DNA of 64,000 bases from Myxococcota bacterium. GTDB lineage: Bacteria > Myxococcota_A > UBA796 > CAJQPC01. A program made the position numbers and the translations under genes. The stretch spans positions 64,001 to 128,000 of the forward strand of contig DASCPX010000027.1 of the NCBI GenBank assembly GCA_036012755.1. The letters run 5' to 3'. Below the pieces are notes generated by a model. The model did not search any database. It saw only the letters and a program-made list of their open reading frames with translations, and was not told where the DNA came from. Of the stretch, positions 1-9,477 are shown one piece after another (the first letter of the stretch is position 1; each line of letters opens with the position of its first letter).

Positions 1-2
1 CG

Positions 3-749
3 CTGCCGCGTGACTCTGCCACCAGAGCGCACTCGACCTGGTACGAGCGGCACGTGGCGATGGAGCTGGAGGGCATCCGCCAGGGCATCCGCCACGCCCC
101 GGCCGAGGTGCGCGATCTCCTGCGACTGTCGCTGTCGTCCATCCTCGTGAAGGTCAGCCACCGGCGGAGTGACACGAGCAGCAAGCGGGACCCGCGCCAT
201 CGCGCCCCCGGGACGACCGCCATCCTCTTCCACAAGAAGGTGCGTGAGCTGGGGCGGCGCCTCGAAGGGCTCGCCTCGGCGGTGCCCGAGGGGACCCGGG
301 CTGCCGTCATCGACTGCGCCGATGCGAAAGACCACGGGCCCGCGGAGCCGGTGGGCGCGCTCATCACCTCGCCCCCCTACCCGGCCGTCTACGACTACCT
401 TCCGCTGCAGCGTCTGCGCTGCGCCTGGCTGGCGATGGAGCCACGCCTCGCGGCCGAGATGGGCTCCCGGAGGGCCTTCGCCGCGGACCCGAAGAAGGCC
501 TGGCACCGCTGGCGGCAGGATCTCCAGACCTGGATGGACCGTGTGCCTGGCCAGCTCGGCGCCGGTGGAACGCTGAGCGTCGTCATCGGCGACGGCTTCG
601 CCAAGGGCAAGGTGATCGACGCCAGGCTCCCACTGGAAGAGGCCGCGCGAGCTGCGGGACTTCACCTGTTGGCCCGAGCCTCCGGCGGCCGCGTCGATGA
701 CGGGCCCGGTGTTATCCGCCGCGAACACATCCTGACTCTCGGACGCTGA
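3..749 (+). CDS. DNA amino-methyltransferase-like protein (N4C/N6A), 5'-truncated by window edge
   Basis: Catalytic-type motif ITSPPY followed by YDY; VVIGD strand near the C-terminus; frame is open back to the window start. Confidence 0.65.
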   Translation: MPRDSATRAHSTWYERHVAMELEGIRQGIRHAPAEVRDLLRLSLSSILVKVSHRRSDTSSKRDPRHRAPGTTAILFHKKVRELGRRLEGLASAVPEGTRAAVIDCADAKDHGPAEPVGALITSPPYPAVYDYLPLQRLRCAWLAMEPRLAAEMGSRRAFAADPKKAWHRWRQDLQTWMDRVPGQLGAGGTLSVVIGDGFAKGKVIDARLPLEEAARAAGLHLLARASGGRVDDGPGVIRREHILTLGR

Positions 750-751
750 TC

Positions 752-1102
752 ATGAACGATCTCCATGACCTGCAGGCCAAGGTGCGAGCCTTCTCCGAGG
801 AACGCGACTGGGCCAGGTACCACTGCCCCCGCAACCTCGCGATGGCGGTCTCCGTCGAATCCAACGAGCTACTCGAGCTCTACCTGTGGTCCACGGACGA
901 GGGCCCCCAGCCCGCCGTCGAGGGACGCAAGGCTCGGGTCGCATCAGAGATGGCGGACGTGCTCATCTGTCTCCTCGGCCTCGCGGAGGCCACGGGCGTC
1001 GACCTCGGCGAAGCGGTGGTGGCCAAGCTCGCGCGGAACGCGGAGAAGTACCCGGCTGACAAGGTGCGTGGCCGCATGGAGAAGTACGACGAGTACGACT
1101 GA
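752..1102 (+). CDS. MazG-like nucleotide pyrophosphohydrolase (dCTPase-like)
   Basis: ERDW..YH.PRNLAMA.SVE..EL.E and EMADV motifs; C-terminal KL.RN.EKYP. Confidence 0.9.
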   Translation: MNDLHDLQAKVRAFSEERDWARYHCPRNLAMAVSVESNELLELYLWSTDEGPQPAVEGRKARVASEMADVLICLLGLAEATGVDLGEAVVAKLARNAEKYPADKVRGRMEKYDEYD

Positions 1103-1123
1103 CCCAGGCGCCTGGGCGTCTCG

Positions 1124-1924
1124 CTAGGAGCGCGCGGCCTGCTCGTGGTCCTCGATCTGGAGCTGCGAGAAACCAAACTTCACCTTGAGCGTGACGTACT
1201 CCTCGTTGATGTCCAGGATGATGTCCGTCACGCGCATCTGGAGCTTCAGCGCCGATGTGGCGCCACCGATGGCCTCGTCCACCTGCTTCTTCGGCAGCAC
1301 GGTGAGGGGGTTCACCTGCGGCAGTCCCTTGGCCTCGATGACCTTGCCGATGATGTCGTTGGCGATGCGCAGCAGGATGTTCTCGCCGAGATCGATGCCG
1401 ACGTCCTTGACGTTGCCGACGATGGCCTCCTGTTGCGGGTCGTAGTGGATGTCTCCGAGCCCCACCTCCGCGCCGACGCGCTTCTCGATGCGGAAGGGGA
1501 CCTCGATGTTCTGGTCCAGCAGCGTCGCGGTGCCGTGGGCGACGAGCACGGCGTGGGCTTCCAGCGCCAGCTTCTGGTGGGCGAACTTGAACTCGCTGCC
1601 CTTGTCGTCGATGTGGATCTCCCAGTCCCCTTCGACGCGGACGAGGCGATCGAGGGTGTCGTAGACCTGCTCACGGCGGTTTCCCCAGGCATCGCGCGCC
1701 CGGTCCTTCACACGGACGAGGGCCTCGTTCTGCGGGCCCTCCAGCAGCCCGGCGACCTTCTCCTTCACTTGGAGCTGCCGGGCAGCGTCGCGCAGGTTCT
1801 CGGTGAGGTTGAAGGGCCCCTTCTTGACCTCCATCGGCAGCGCCTCGCCGAGGAGCTTCGTGAAGAGGCTGTTCCCGATGGACATCGAGAAGTCGTAGCT
1901 CTCGCCGATCTGCCGCTGCGTCAT
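1124..1924 (-). CDS. Hypothetical protein (266 aa)
   Basis: Long ORF with host-like codon usage and globular composition; no family recognised. Confidence 0.7.
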   Translation of the reverse strand: MTQRQIGESYDFSMSIGNSLFTKLLGEALPMEVKKGPFNLTENLRDAARQLQVKEKVAGLLEGPQNEALVRVKDRARDAWGNRREQVYDTLDRLVRVEGDWEIHIDDKGSEFKFAHQKLALEAHAVLVAHGTATLLDQNIEVPFRIEKRVGAEVGLGDIHYDPQQEAIVGNVKDVGIDLGENILLRIANDIIGKVIEAKGLPQVNPLTVLPKKQVDEAIGGATSALKLQMRVTDIILDINEEYVTLKVKFGFSQLQIEDHEQAARS

Positions 1925-1973
1925 GCCGCCTCCACCTGGGCTCTGAATAGTACAGCGGGGTGTCGGCGTTGCC

Positions 1974-2756
1974 TCAATCGGACCAGCTCAACAGCTCTGC
2001 AGACTCGCCGATGTAGACAGTGCCGGCGTGCTTGTCGGCGAGGCTGCTCGAGACCGAGCCGTCGTTGTCGGAGATGATCTCCAGGGTGTCGGTGAAGGTC
2101 CCCGCGGGGGTGTCCACGTCGCCACCCTCTGCGATCTCGTAGCTCAGCGACCAGGTGTAGTCCTGCTGTTGGTCGGGTCCGGAGGAGCTGGAAGTGGCGG
2201 TGGTGCCGCTGACCGTGTTGGACCAGGTGTCGCCCGCGGCGGGATCCTCGGGCAGCACCATCCACCCGCCACCGGCGTAGGTGGTGACGGACTCGGACCA
2301 GTAGACGGTCCCGGAGATGGAGTAGTCAGCGCGGGTCTCGGAACCCACCAGGTACATCCCGCCGTCGCAGCGGTAGGTCGAGGTGCCCCCATAGGTGTAG
2401 TAGTCGAAGCTGCCGTTTTCGATCTCTCCCTCGTATTCGACGACGACGTTGGAGCCGTTGATGCTCCTGACCTCGGACCACCAGGCGGCGTCCTGGCCGA
2501 CCTCGGCGACGTACTCGTCCGTGTATTGCCAGCTCCAGCTCGCCCCCTCCTTCATGCCGCTGTACTTCGGGCAAGGCGAGCCCCACCCTCCCCCTTGTTC
2601 GCTGTCATCGCTCCAGGTGCTGTCGTCGCTCTCGCCCCCGCCTCCACCGGGCCGCTCTGTCACGCCGCTGTCGGCGGGTGTGCGCCCTCCCCCACAGGCG
2701 AGGACGGCGGCGCCGACGCAGGCGACGTACAACAGGTGTCTACGGCGATGTCTCAT
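1974..2756 (-). CDS. Putative lipoprotein/exported beta-rich protein
   Basis: Basic N-terminus, hydrophobic stretch, LAC lipobox; V.TPAGTF motif common in exported beta-sheet proteins. Confidence 0.65.
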   Translation of the reverse strand: MRHRRRHLLYVACVGAAVLACGGGRTPADSGVTERPGGGGGESDDSTWSDDSEQGGGWGSPCPKYSGMKEGASWSWQYTDEYVAEVGQDAAWWSEVRSINGSNVVVEYEGEIENGSFDYYTYGGTSTYRCDGGMYLVGSETRADYSISGTVYWSESVTTYAGGGWMVLPEDPAAGDTWSNTVSGTTATSSSSGPDQQQDYTWSLSYEIAEGGDVDTPAGTFTDTLEIISDNDGSVSSSLADKHAGTVYIGESAELLSWSD

Positions 2757-2814
2757 GGCCCTGCCTCGATCCGCGTGCTAGTGGCGCCGCCACCGTAATC
2801 CTCAGGGGCACGCC

Positions 2815-3228
2815 ATGCAGCGAACTCTCAGCATCATCAAGCCGGACGCTACCGCCAAGGGTGTGATCGGCCCCATCATCGCTCGCTTCGAGGAGGAGGG
2901 CCTCCGCGTGTGCGCGATGAAGAAGATCCACATGAGCAAGCGGGTGGCCGAGGGCTTCTACGCCGTCCACCGGGGACGCCCCTTCTACGGTGAGCTGACC
3001 GACTTCATGTCCAGCGGCCCCTGCGTGGTGATGGTCCTCGAAGGTGACGACGCCATCCAGCGAAACCGCACCATCATGGGCGCGACCAACCCCGCGGACG
3101 CTGCGCCGGGCACCCTCCGCCGGCTCTACGCATCCAGCATCGGCGAGAACGCAGTGCACGGCTCGGACGCTCCAGAGACCGCGGCCACCGAGATCGCGTA
3201 CTTCTTCGCCGGAACCGAGCTCCACTGA
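2815..3228 (+). CDS. ndk: Nucleoside diphosphate kinase
   Basis: [27 protein letters not shown] catalytic motif. Confidence 0.98.
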   Translation: MQRTLSIIKPDATAKGVIGPIIARFEEEGLRVCAMKKIHMSKRVAEGFYAVHRGRPFYGELTDFMSSGPCVVMVLEGDDAIQRNRTIMGATNPADAAPGTLRRLYASSIGENAVHGSDAPETAATEIAYFFAGTELH

Positions 3229-3345
3229 GCAGATCACGGCGAGCGGGTGCGACCTGGAGATCCCAGTGCCGCGACGCGGGCACCCCACGTCGGGCGTTCA
3301 AACACTTGAAATCTGGTCTCTCGGCTTGGCCCGGCTCTTGCTAAT

Positions 3346-3801
3346 GTGCGAGATACGGTGACCTTTATCCTCGCCCTCATTGCGTGCGCTGGCTTCGGCC
3401 TCGACCAGTACGAGGCTGACGCAGGCGTCGCGGGCGCCCTCGCCGAGCTGACGCCACAGGAGTCGGTGCAGTTCCCGCCGACCTCCGCCTACAGCAACTA
3501 TGGGGGCGAATCCGAGATCGTCATCTACAGCGCCGGCGACATGCCGCTCGCGGTTCACGGCATCTTCATCGATGGCCTCGACTCGGAGAACTTCGAGCTC
3601 CCCGACCTCCCGCTCCCGATCATGCTGGAGCCGGGCTTCGAGTTCCCCGCGCGCATCTACTTCCTCCCAGATGCCCAGGGCTCGTACTCGGCCGACATCA
3701 CCGTCGTGACGGCTGGCAACCTCGAGGAGGTCACCGTCACCCGGCGGCTCATCGGCGACGGCTGCTACGATCGCGAGCCCGACGGCATCTGCGACGACTG
3801 A
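3346..3801 (+). CDS. Exported/lipoprotein with Ig-like (ASH/choice-of-anchor-D-like) domain
   Basis: Signal-like N-terminus with LIAC; G..PL.V..I, LEPG, F.P...G.Y.A.I.V pattern. Confidence 0.6.
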   Translation: MRDTVTFILALIACAGFGLDQYEADAGVAGALAELTPQESVQFPPTSAYSNYGGESEIVIYSAGDMPLAVHGIFIDGLDSENFELPDLPLPIMLEPGFEFPARIYFLPDAQGSYSADITVVTAGNLEEVTVTRRLIGDGCYDREPDGICDD

Positions 3802-3843
3802 GCCAGCGACCTCGGTTCGCTGTAGTCTTCGGCCACCGAAGCC

Positions 3844-5421
3844 GTGACCGACTACCCCGCCATCTTCCGCTCACCATCGATCCCGGCGGTCGCGGACGCG
3901 CTCGTCGGGCGCTGGGAGATGAGAGCCGAGGACATGGACGTGGTGGCGCTCGCCGAGCTCCTGGCGGACACCGTCTACCTCGAGCGGCTGCGCTTCGAGG
4001 AGGAGGTGGGACACGAGGAGGAGGTCGCAGATATCGACGCGGCGGCGCGGGCCGTGGCCCAGGGCAGTCGCGGGGCGCTGACGACCTCTCTTCGGCGGCT
4101 CGTGCGGGCCTATGCAGAGGAGATCCACCATCCCTTCTCGAGTCGGGCCTATGGGCTCGTCACCCGGGTCCTGCCGACAGCCCTGACCAACCTGGTGACC
4201 GCTGGCGACCCCCGGCGCTTGCTGCTCAGACAGACCGATCCGGGCTCTCGCATCGCCATCGGCGGAGACGTCGAAGCCGTGAAGGCGCTCGCCGAGAAGG
4301 GGACGCTGATCCTGGCCCCGACCCACCTGTCGAACCTGGACTCACCGCTCATCGGGTACGTCCTGTTCCGCTCCGGTCTGCCCCCCTTCGCCTACGGTGC
4401 GGGGCTGAACCTGTTCAACAACCCGATGATGGCCTTCTGGATGAGCAGGCTCGGCGCCTACACGGTGGACCGACGGAAGCGGGGGCGGATCTACAAGCAG
4501 ACGCTCAAGGACTACTCGGTCGAGATCCTCGGCCGGGGCTGTCACAGCCTGTTCTTTCCAGGCGGCACCCGGTCTCGCAGCGGGCGCATCGAGTCCAAGC
4601 TCAAGAAGGGGCTGCTCGGCACCGGACTCCTGGCCTGGCAGGAGAGCATCGCCGCCGGCGCCGGGAGGGATGTCTTCGTCGTGCCGTTGACGCTCTCCAC
4701 GTCGCTCGTGCTGGAGGCGGAGACCCTCGTGCGCGACAGCCTCTGTCGCGAGGGCAAGCAGCGCTTCATCATCGCGGACGACGAGTTCAGTCAGCCTGGG
4801 CGCGTCGCCAGCTACCTCTCCCGGGTCGCCAACCTCGACGAGTCCGTCCACGTCACCTTCGGGACGGTGCTCGACCCGGTCGGCAACCCTGTCGACCGCG
4901 AGGGCAGGAGCCTGGGACCCTCGGGCGAGGTGATCGAGCGGTCTCGCTTCGTGGTCGACGCCGACGGTCGGGTCGAGTGGGATGCGCAACGAGACCGCGT
5001 CTATACCGAGCGGCTGTCGCGTGCGCTCGTCAAGGCCTACCACAGGGACAGCGTCGCCCTGCCGACCCATGTGGCCGCCCTCGCGGCGTGGCGCCTGCTG
5101 CAGCGGGCCAACCCCGAGCTCGGCACCTTCCAGCTGGTGCGTATCGCGCGCTCCGGCCGCCAGCTGGAGCGGACAACGCTGGTCCGGGAGATCGAAGAGG
5201 TGAGCAACGAGGTGGCCACGCTCAGGCAGCGCCGGCGCATCCGCAGCGCGCTGCCCCGCGACGCAGACTCGCTGTTGGACCTCGCGATCCAGCGCTTCGC
5301 CAGCTACCACACACGCAAGGCCCTCGCGGCGACGGGCCCCCGAATCACGATCGACCCCGAGCTGTTGCTGTTCTACCGGAACCGGCTGCACGGCTACGGT
5401 CTCGAGGGCGCCCAGCCGTGA
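3844..5421 (+). CDS. Glycerol-3-phosphate acyltransferase (PlsB-like)
   Basis: HLSNLD (HxxxxD), AGLNL, GAYTVDR, FFPGGTRSRSG acyltransferase blocks. Confidence 0.85.
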   Translation: MTDYPAIFRSPSIPAVADALVGRWEMRAEDMDVVALAELLADTVYLERLRFEEEVGHEEEVADIDAAARAVAQGSRGALTTSLRRLVRAYAEEIHHPFSSRAYGLVTRVLPTALTNLVTAGDPRRLLLRQTDPGSRIAIGGDVEAVKALAEKGTLILAPTHLSNLDSPLIGYVLFRSGLPPFAYGAGLNLFNNPMMAFWMSRLGAYTVDRRKRGRIYKQTLKDYSVEILGRGCHSLFFPGGTRSRSGRIESKLKKGLLGTGLLAWQESIAAGAGRDVFVVPLTLSTSLVLEAETLVRDSLCREGKQRFIIADDEFSQPGRVASYLSRVANLDESVHVTFGTVLDPVGNPVDREGRSLGPSGEVIERSRFVVDADGRVEWDAQRDRVYTERLSRALVKAYHRDSVALPTHVAALAAWRLLQRANPELGTFQLVRIARSGRQLERTTLVREIEEVSNEVATLRQRRRIRSALPRDADSLLDLAIQRFASYHTRKALAATGPRITIDPELLLFYRNRLHGYGLEGAQP

Positions 5422-6317
5422 AGGTCGGTGTCGTCGGCGGCGGACCCATCGCCCAGGCGCTCACTGCGCTTGCCCTCGAGGCAGGCAACGATGCGCTCCT
5501 CGCCGGCAAGCGCGTGCGCCGGAGGCTGCCGCTCTGCGATGACGTTGCGGAGATCGGCGCCTTCTCGGATCTCGTCCTGATCGCCCTGCCCGCCTGGGAG
5601 ATCCGGCGGACACTGGAGCTGCTGCGACTGGAGCCTCGCCACCGCTGCGTGCTCTTCACCCGGGGCCTCGACAGCGAGACCGGCCGCTGGCTCACCCACA
5701 TCGTGCCCAAGCTCAGCCCCTGTGTCCGCGTCGGCGTGATGGCCGGTCCGCTCGTCGCCGCAGAGGTCTTCAAGGGCATCCCCACGGCGGTCGTCGCCGC
5801 GAGCGAGTACCGCGACGTCGGTCGCATGACGCAGGACGGCCTCCACAGTCCGCGCTGCCGCGTCTACACCTCTCTCGATCCCTACGCGGTCGAGCTCGCC
5901 GCGACCATGGTCGCCGTCCTGGCAGTCGCGGTCGGGATCTCCGACGGCATGGGCCTGGGAGTTGGGACGCGCGGAATAGTCGTCGCGCGTGGACTGGCCG
6001 AGGCGAGTCGGCTCGCGGGTGCCCTTGCCGTCGATCCCGGGGGGCTGATGGGCCTCGCTGGCTTGGGCGAACTCTTCGCTGCCACCTCCCACCCCAAGCA
6101 CCCGGCCTACCTCGACGGCCGCGCCATCCTCGATGGACAGGACCGAAAGAAGTCCGAGCCCATTCGAGCGGCCGCGACCGCGCTGGCGGTGGCCAGGGCA
6201 AACGGCGTTGAACTCCCGCTGACCGCGGCGATCCACGCCATCGCCCACGGCAAGCTCGGAGCACATGACGCTCTCACCATGCTCATGGAACGGCCTGCCC
6301 AGGAGGGCGAGCTCTGA
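5418..6317 (+). CDS. GpsA-like NAD(P)H glycerol-3-phosphate dehydrogenase, catalytic motifs degenerate
   Basis: GTGA overlap with the upstream stop; Rossmann start VGVVGGG; GP..A.EV..G.PTA.V.AS, RVY.S.D..VE, RGL.E..RL, GLAGLG. Catalytic KN and SRN are absent. Confidence 0.8.
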   Translation: MKVGVVGGGPIAQALTALALEAGNDALLAGKRVRRRLPLCDDVAEIGAFSDLVLIALPAWEIRRTLELLRLEPRHRCVLFTRGLDSETGRWLTHIVPKLSPCVRVGVMAGPLVAAEVFKGIPTAVVAASEYRDVGRMTQDGLHSPRCRVYTSLDPYAVELAATMVAVLAVAVGISDGMGLGVGTRGIVVARGLAEASRLAGALAVDPGGLMGLAGLGELFAATSHPKHPAYLDGRAILDGQDRKKSEPIRAAATALAVARANGVELPLTAAIHAIAHGKLGAHDALTMLMERPAQEGEL

Positions 6318-6487
6318 GGCTGGCCGAGGTGGACATGCCCAGCGGCGACATCGTCTGGCAGGCGGAATTCACCAGCCAGGCATGGGTCTACCGAGCGGAC
6401 CGCCTCGGCGGCTGCGAGGCCTTTGCCAACGAGCGCTACTGCCCCGAACTGGTCGACGAATTGCGGGGGGGGCCGGTACTGCCTTGA
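6317..6487 (+). pseudogene. Possible orphan 3' gene fragment (beta-propeller/arylsulfotransferase-like C-terminus)
   Basis: Frame reads RLAEVDMPSGDIVWQAEFTSQAWVYRADRLGGCEAFANERYCPEL...*, beginning at the gpsA stop with no matching 5' part. Confidence 0.35.
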
Positions 6488-8913
6488 GCCTCGGACAGGG
6501 GCGCCCCCCCAAAACGGGAGATGACCTCGACGTGCCGTGACCCCTTGCCCGGCAGCTCCCGGACCACGCGCAACGCCAACTCGGTGTTGGCGCTCAGACA
6601 GCCGTCCACCAGCAGGCACTTCGCGTCCTGGGGGGCGCCCTCACACAGGCAGCTGTGCAGGCCTGAGAGCAAGTCGCCCAGGTCCTCCACCGGGCGATCG
6701 CCCACCGCGATGATCCGGTCTCCCGCAAGCAACGGCTCGGGAGCTTCCAGGACCACAGGGGCGATCTCCGTCCCCGTCACCTCCAGCACCACATCGGGCA
6801 ACGTCCAGGCGACGGACTGAGCCAGGTACGCGGGCACAATCCGTTTCGCGGTGGCGGCCTGTTGCTGTCGCGCAAAGGCGTAGACCCCCCCCATGAAAAT
6901 CAAGAGACCCACGAGGGCCAGCCATTTCCGGGGGCCCAGGCCCTTGCCACCCGAGATCCCTCGGCCGCCTGCCGAGGAGATCCAGACCAGCGCACAGGCG
7001 GCCAGTACCCAGCCCGCCACCATTCCCACGACGTCCGTGGACAACAACTCCGAGGCACGAAGAGCCGCCAACAACGCATCAGAGGGCATCTGGTCTTGCA
7101 GGATGTTGAAGATCCTCCGCTGATGGGCCACATGAACGCCCAACGCCGCACAGGTGGTCGCACCGATGCCGGCGACCCAGATCGTGGCCTTGGCACTCAC
7201 CGCGGACCGGTCGTCTGCTGGCGAAGGCACGGAGATCAGGGAATAGCACCCCGCCATGAACACCAGCACCAACAACACAAGGAAGGGTGCAGGCGCATCC
7301 TCGCGCAGCACGCCATCCGTGGCCCACAACAAGGTTCCAGCCCCCAGCGAAATTGCCGCAAGCGGCCCGATGCGATCGGGCGGACCCGGGCAGCGGGAGC
7401 GATGCACCAGGGTCGCTGCAGCCGCCGCGAACAGCAGAAGCAGTGTCCCCATGCCGTAGCCCGCACCCTCCGCCGAGAGTGCCACCCAGATCCCGACGGC
7501 CGTCAGCATTCCCTTGATCTCTGGCGCAGCCCCATCCACCCCCTCCTGGACATTCACGAAGCCCGCAGCCGAACCCACGAGTCCAGCGACGACCACGAGG
7601 CATGGAAAGAGAAGCCAGAAGGCGGGTCCCCTGGCCCTCCCCTCCCGCTGCCGAAGGGTCACACGCACCACCGAACCGACCGCCAGGATGGAAAACAGGA
7701 GGATCAGGAAAGCAAACGGCCCCAGCATCTGGAAGCTCCTGACCCCACCGGCCATCCAGACCATCACGCCCACCACCAGTGGCGTCGATGCCAGACAGGC
7801 GATGGGTCCGGCCCAGCGCAGCCCGCCCGGCCTGACAGGATCGGCCGTCGACTCGAAAGCGTCTTCGTAGAGCTTCAGTTCGACCCGGCAGGGCGCACAG
7901 CCCGCCAGGTGAGCCTCGATGGTGGCCTCTCCTCGACCCTCCAACAGGGTCTCCAGCGAGGGGTGATGCTCCGGCTCCAAAAGGCTGGGAGCCAGGGTCG
8001 AGACCTCCTCGTGCCCTTGCCAGGTCTGCACGGGGGACGGGGTCTCCTGCGGCGAGGCCGGGGACCAGGATCGGGAGGATGAAGACTGGCCTGTCCAGAC
8101 AACCTCCAGTGCCGAGCAGTCCTCGAATCGCTCCTCCCGGGCCGGGTTCAGCGACCCCTTGATGGCCAGGATCATCCGTTCCGGGGCCTGGCATGACGCC
8201 AGGTCGTCAACCCCGTACCGCCCTTCCTTGGTGGCCTGGAGGACCTCGACCAGGTCCTCTCCCTGAAACGCGCACTGGCCCGTCAGCATCTCGTAGAGCA
8301 TGGCGCCCAGGGCAAAGACATCCGTTCGCGCATCCACCGTCGATGCATCGACGATCTGCTCGGGAGCCATGTAGCCAGGGGTTCCCATGGTCAGGCCCGT
8401 CCGGGTCCGGGAAGGCATGCTGCTTTCCCCATGCAGGGCCTTGACCAGCCCAAAGTCCGCGACCTTGGCCATCGGAAAATCTCCGGCCATCGAGAGCAAC
8501 ACATTGGACGGCTTCAGATCCCGGTGAACGAGTCCATGCCCATGAGCAGCCCGCATGCCTGCCAGGATCTGTCGGGCCAGTTGATCGACCTCCTCGATGT
8601 CCAGGCGACGGCTGGCCAGGTGCTCGGCCAGGGTGGGGCCATCGACGAATTCGAGGACCAGCCCGGGGGAGCCGTCCACATCCACCAGGTCGGTGACGGT
8701 CAGGACGTTGGGGTGCTGCAATGAGCCCTGACTGCGACCTTCCAGCAAGAGCCGCTGTCGAAGGTCCGACGAGGCTGAGTTGACCACCTTGATGGCATGC
8801 ACGGTCCCCAATTCCGTGTGCCGGGCCCGGTACACGGTCGCCATGCCCCCCTGGCCAATGAGGGTCTCGATTCGGTAACGACCCCCCAGGAGGGCGCCGG
8901 ATGGTAGGGACAT
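6436..8913 (-). CDS. Hanks-type Ser/Thr kinase with HxxxCxxC zinc finger, multiple TM helices and C-terminal PDZ-like domain
   Basis: GQGGMATV, AIK, HRDLKPSN, DFG, GTPGYMAPE; HLAGCAPC; many hydrophobic segments; LLAGDRIIAVGDRPV. Start placed at MSLPSG (8913). Confidence 0.9.
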   Translation of the reverse strand: MSLPSGALLGGRYRIETLIGQGGMATVYRARHTELGTVHAIKVVNSASSDLRQRLLLEGRSQGSLQHPNVLTVTDLVDVDGSPGLVLEFVDGPTLAEHLASRRLDIEEVDQLARQILAGMRAAHGHGLVHRDLKPSNVLLSMAGDFPMAKVADFGLVKALHGESSMPSRTRTGLTMGTPGYMAPEQIVDASTVDARTDVFALGAMLYEMLTGQCAFQGEDLVEVLQATKEGRYGVDDLASCQAPERMILAIKGSLNPAREERFEDCSALEVVWTGQSSSSRSWSPASPQETPSPVQTWQGHEEVSTLAPSLLEPEHHPSLETLLEGRGEATIEAHLAGCAPCRVELKLYEDAFESTADPVRPGGLRWAGPIACLASTPLVVGVMVWMAGGVRSFQMLGPFAFLILLFSILAVGSVVRVTLRQREGRARGPAFWLLFPCLVVVAGLVGSAAGFVNVQEGVDGAAPEIKGMLTAVGIWVALSAEGAGYGMGTLLLLFAAAAATLVHRSRCPGPPDRIGPLAAISLGAGTLLWATDGVLREDAPAPFLVLLVLVFMAGCYSLISVPSPADDRSAVSAKATIWVAGIGATTCAALGVHVAHQRRIFNILQDQMPSDALLAALRASELLSTDVVGMVAGWVLAACALVWISSAGGRGISGGKGLGPRKWLALVGLLIFMGGVYAFARQQQAATAKRIVPAYLAQSVAWTLPDVVLEVTGTEIAPVVLEAPEPLLAGDRIIAVGDRPVEDLGDLLSGLHSCLCEGAPQDAKCLLVDGCLSANTELALRVVRELPGKGSRHVEVISRFGGAPLSEAQGSTGPPRNSSTSSGQ

Positions 8914-8977
8914 TTCGACGCGATTATGCCGCGGCCATCCCGACAAGGACAGCCGCGGCACAACCACACCGAGAGGT

Positions 8978-9322
8978 TCAGTCGCTGGAACGGACCTGGA
9001 GGACACCCCAGAGAATGGCGTTCAGTGCGCCCCAGAACGCCCCGGTGGTCGTGGCGGTTCGCGCGATGGTGGTGCCACGAATCCAGAGGCCTGCGCGGGC
9101 GGACTGTTCAGCCTGCTCGATGGCATTCATGGCCATGTACATGCCCTGCCCCTCTCCCACCACACCGACCAGGACGGCCGCCACCGCCAGGCCAATGGCC
9201 AATCCTGTCGTACGGCTCTTGCCGGACCGGAGAAGTGCGTACCCCTGCAGGATGAGCGCGGTGATTCCCAGAATCGTGGACAGGCCACCGAAAGGGCCGG
9301 CCATTGCAATGATCGTGAACAT
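8978..9322 (-). CDS. Small membrane protein, MotA/TolQ/ExbB-channel-like
   Basis: Three hydrophobic segments; G..G...GMY.AM.AI...A.....GL...G...A..AT..G pattern. Confidence 0.5.
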   Translation of the reverse strand: MFTIIAMAGPFGGLSTILGITALILQGYALLRSGKSRTTGLAIGLAVAAVLVGVVGEGQGMYMAMNAIEQAEQSARAGLWIRGTTIARTATTTGAFWGALNAILWGVLQVRSSD

Positions 9323-9477
9323 CTGATTCTCCGTGTGTGTGTGGAAGGATCTGGGACAGGCACCGCCGGGTGGCTCTCCAAGGGGCGATGAGTTCGCCTC
9401 TCAACCCTTGCTTGTGTTGTCGCCACCAAAGATCACAGGCGACCCCAATTTTTCTTGTGATCGGTAGACTGAGCGAG

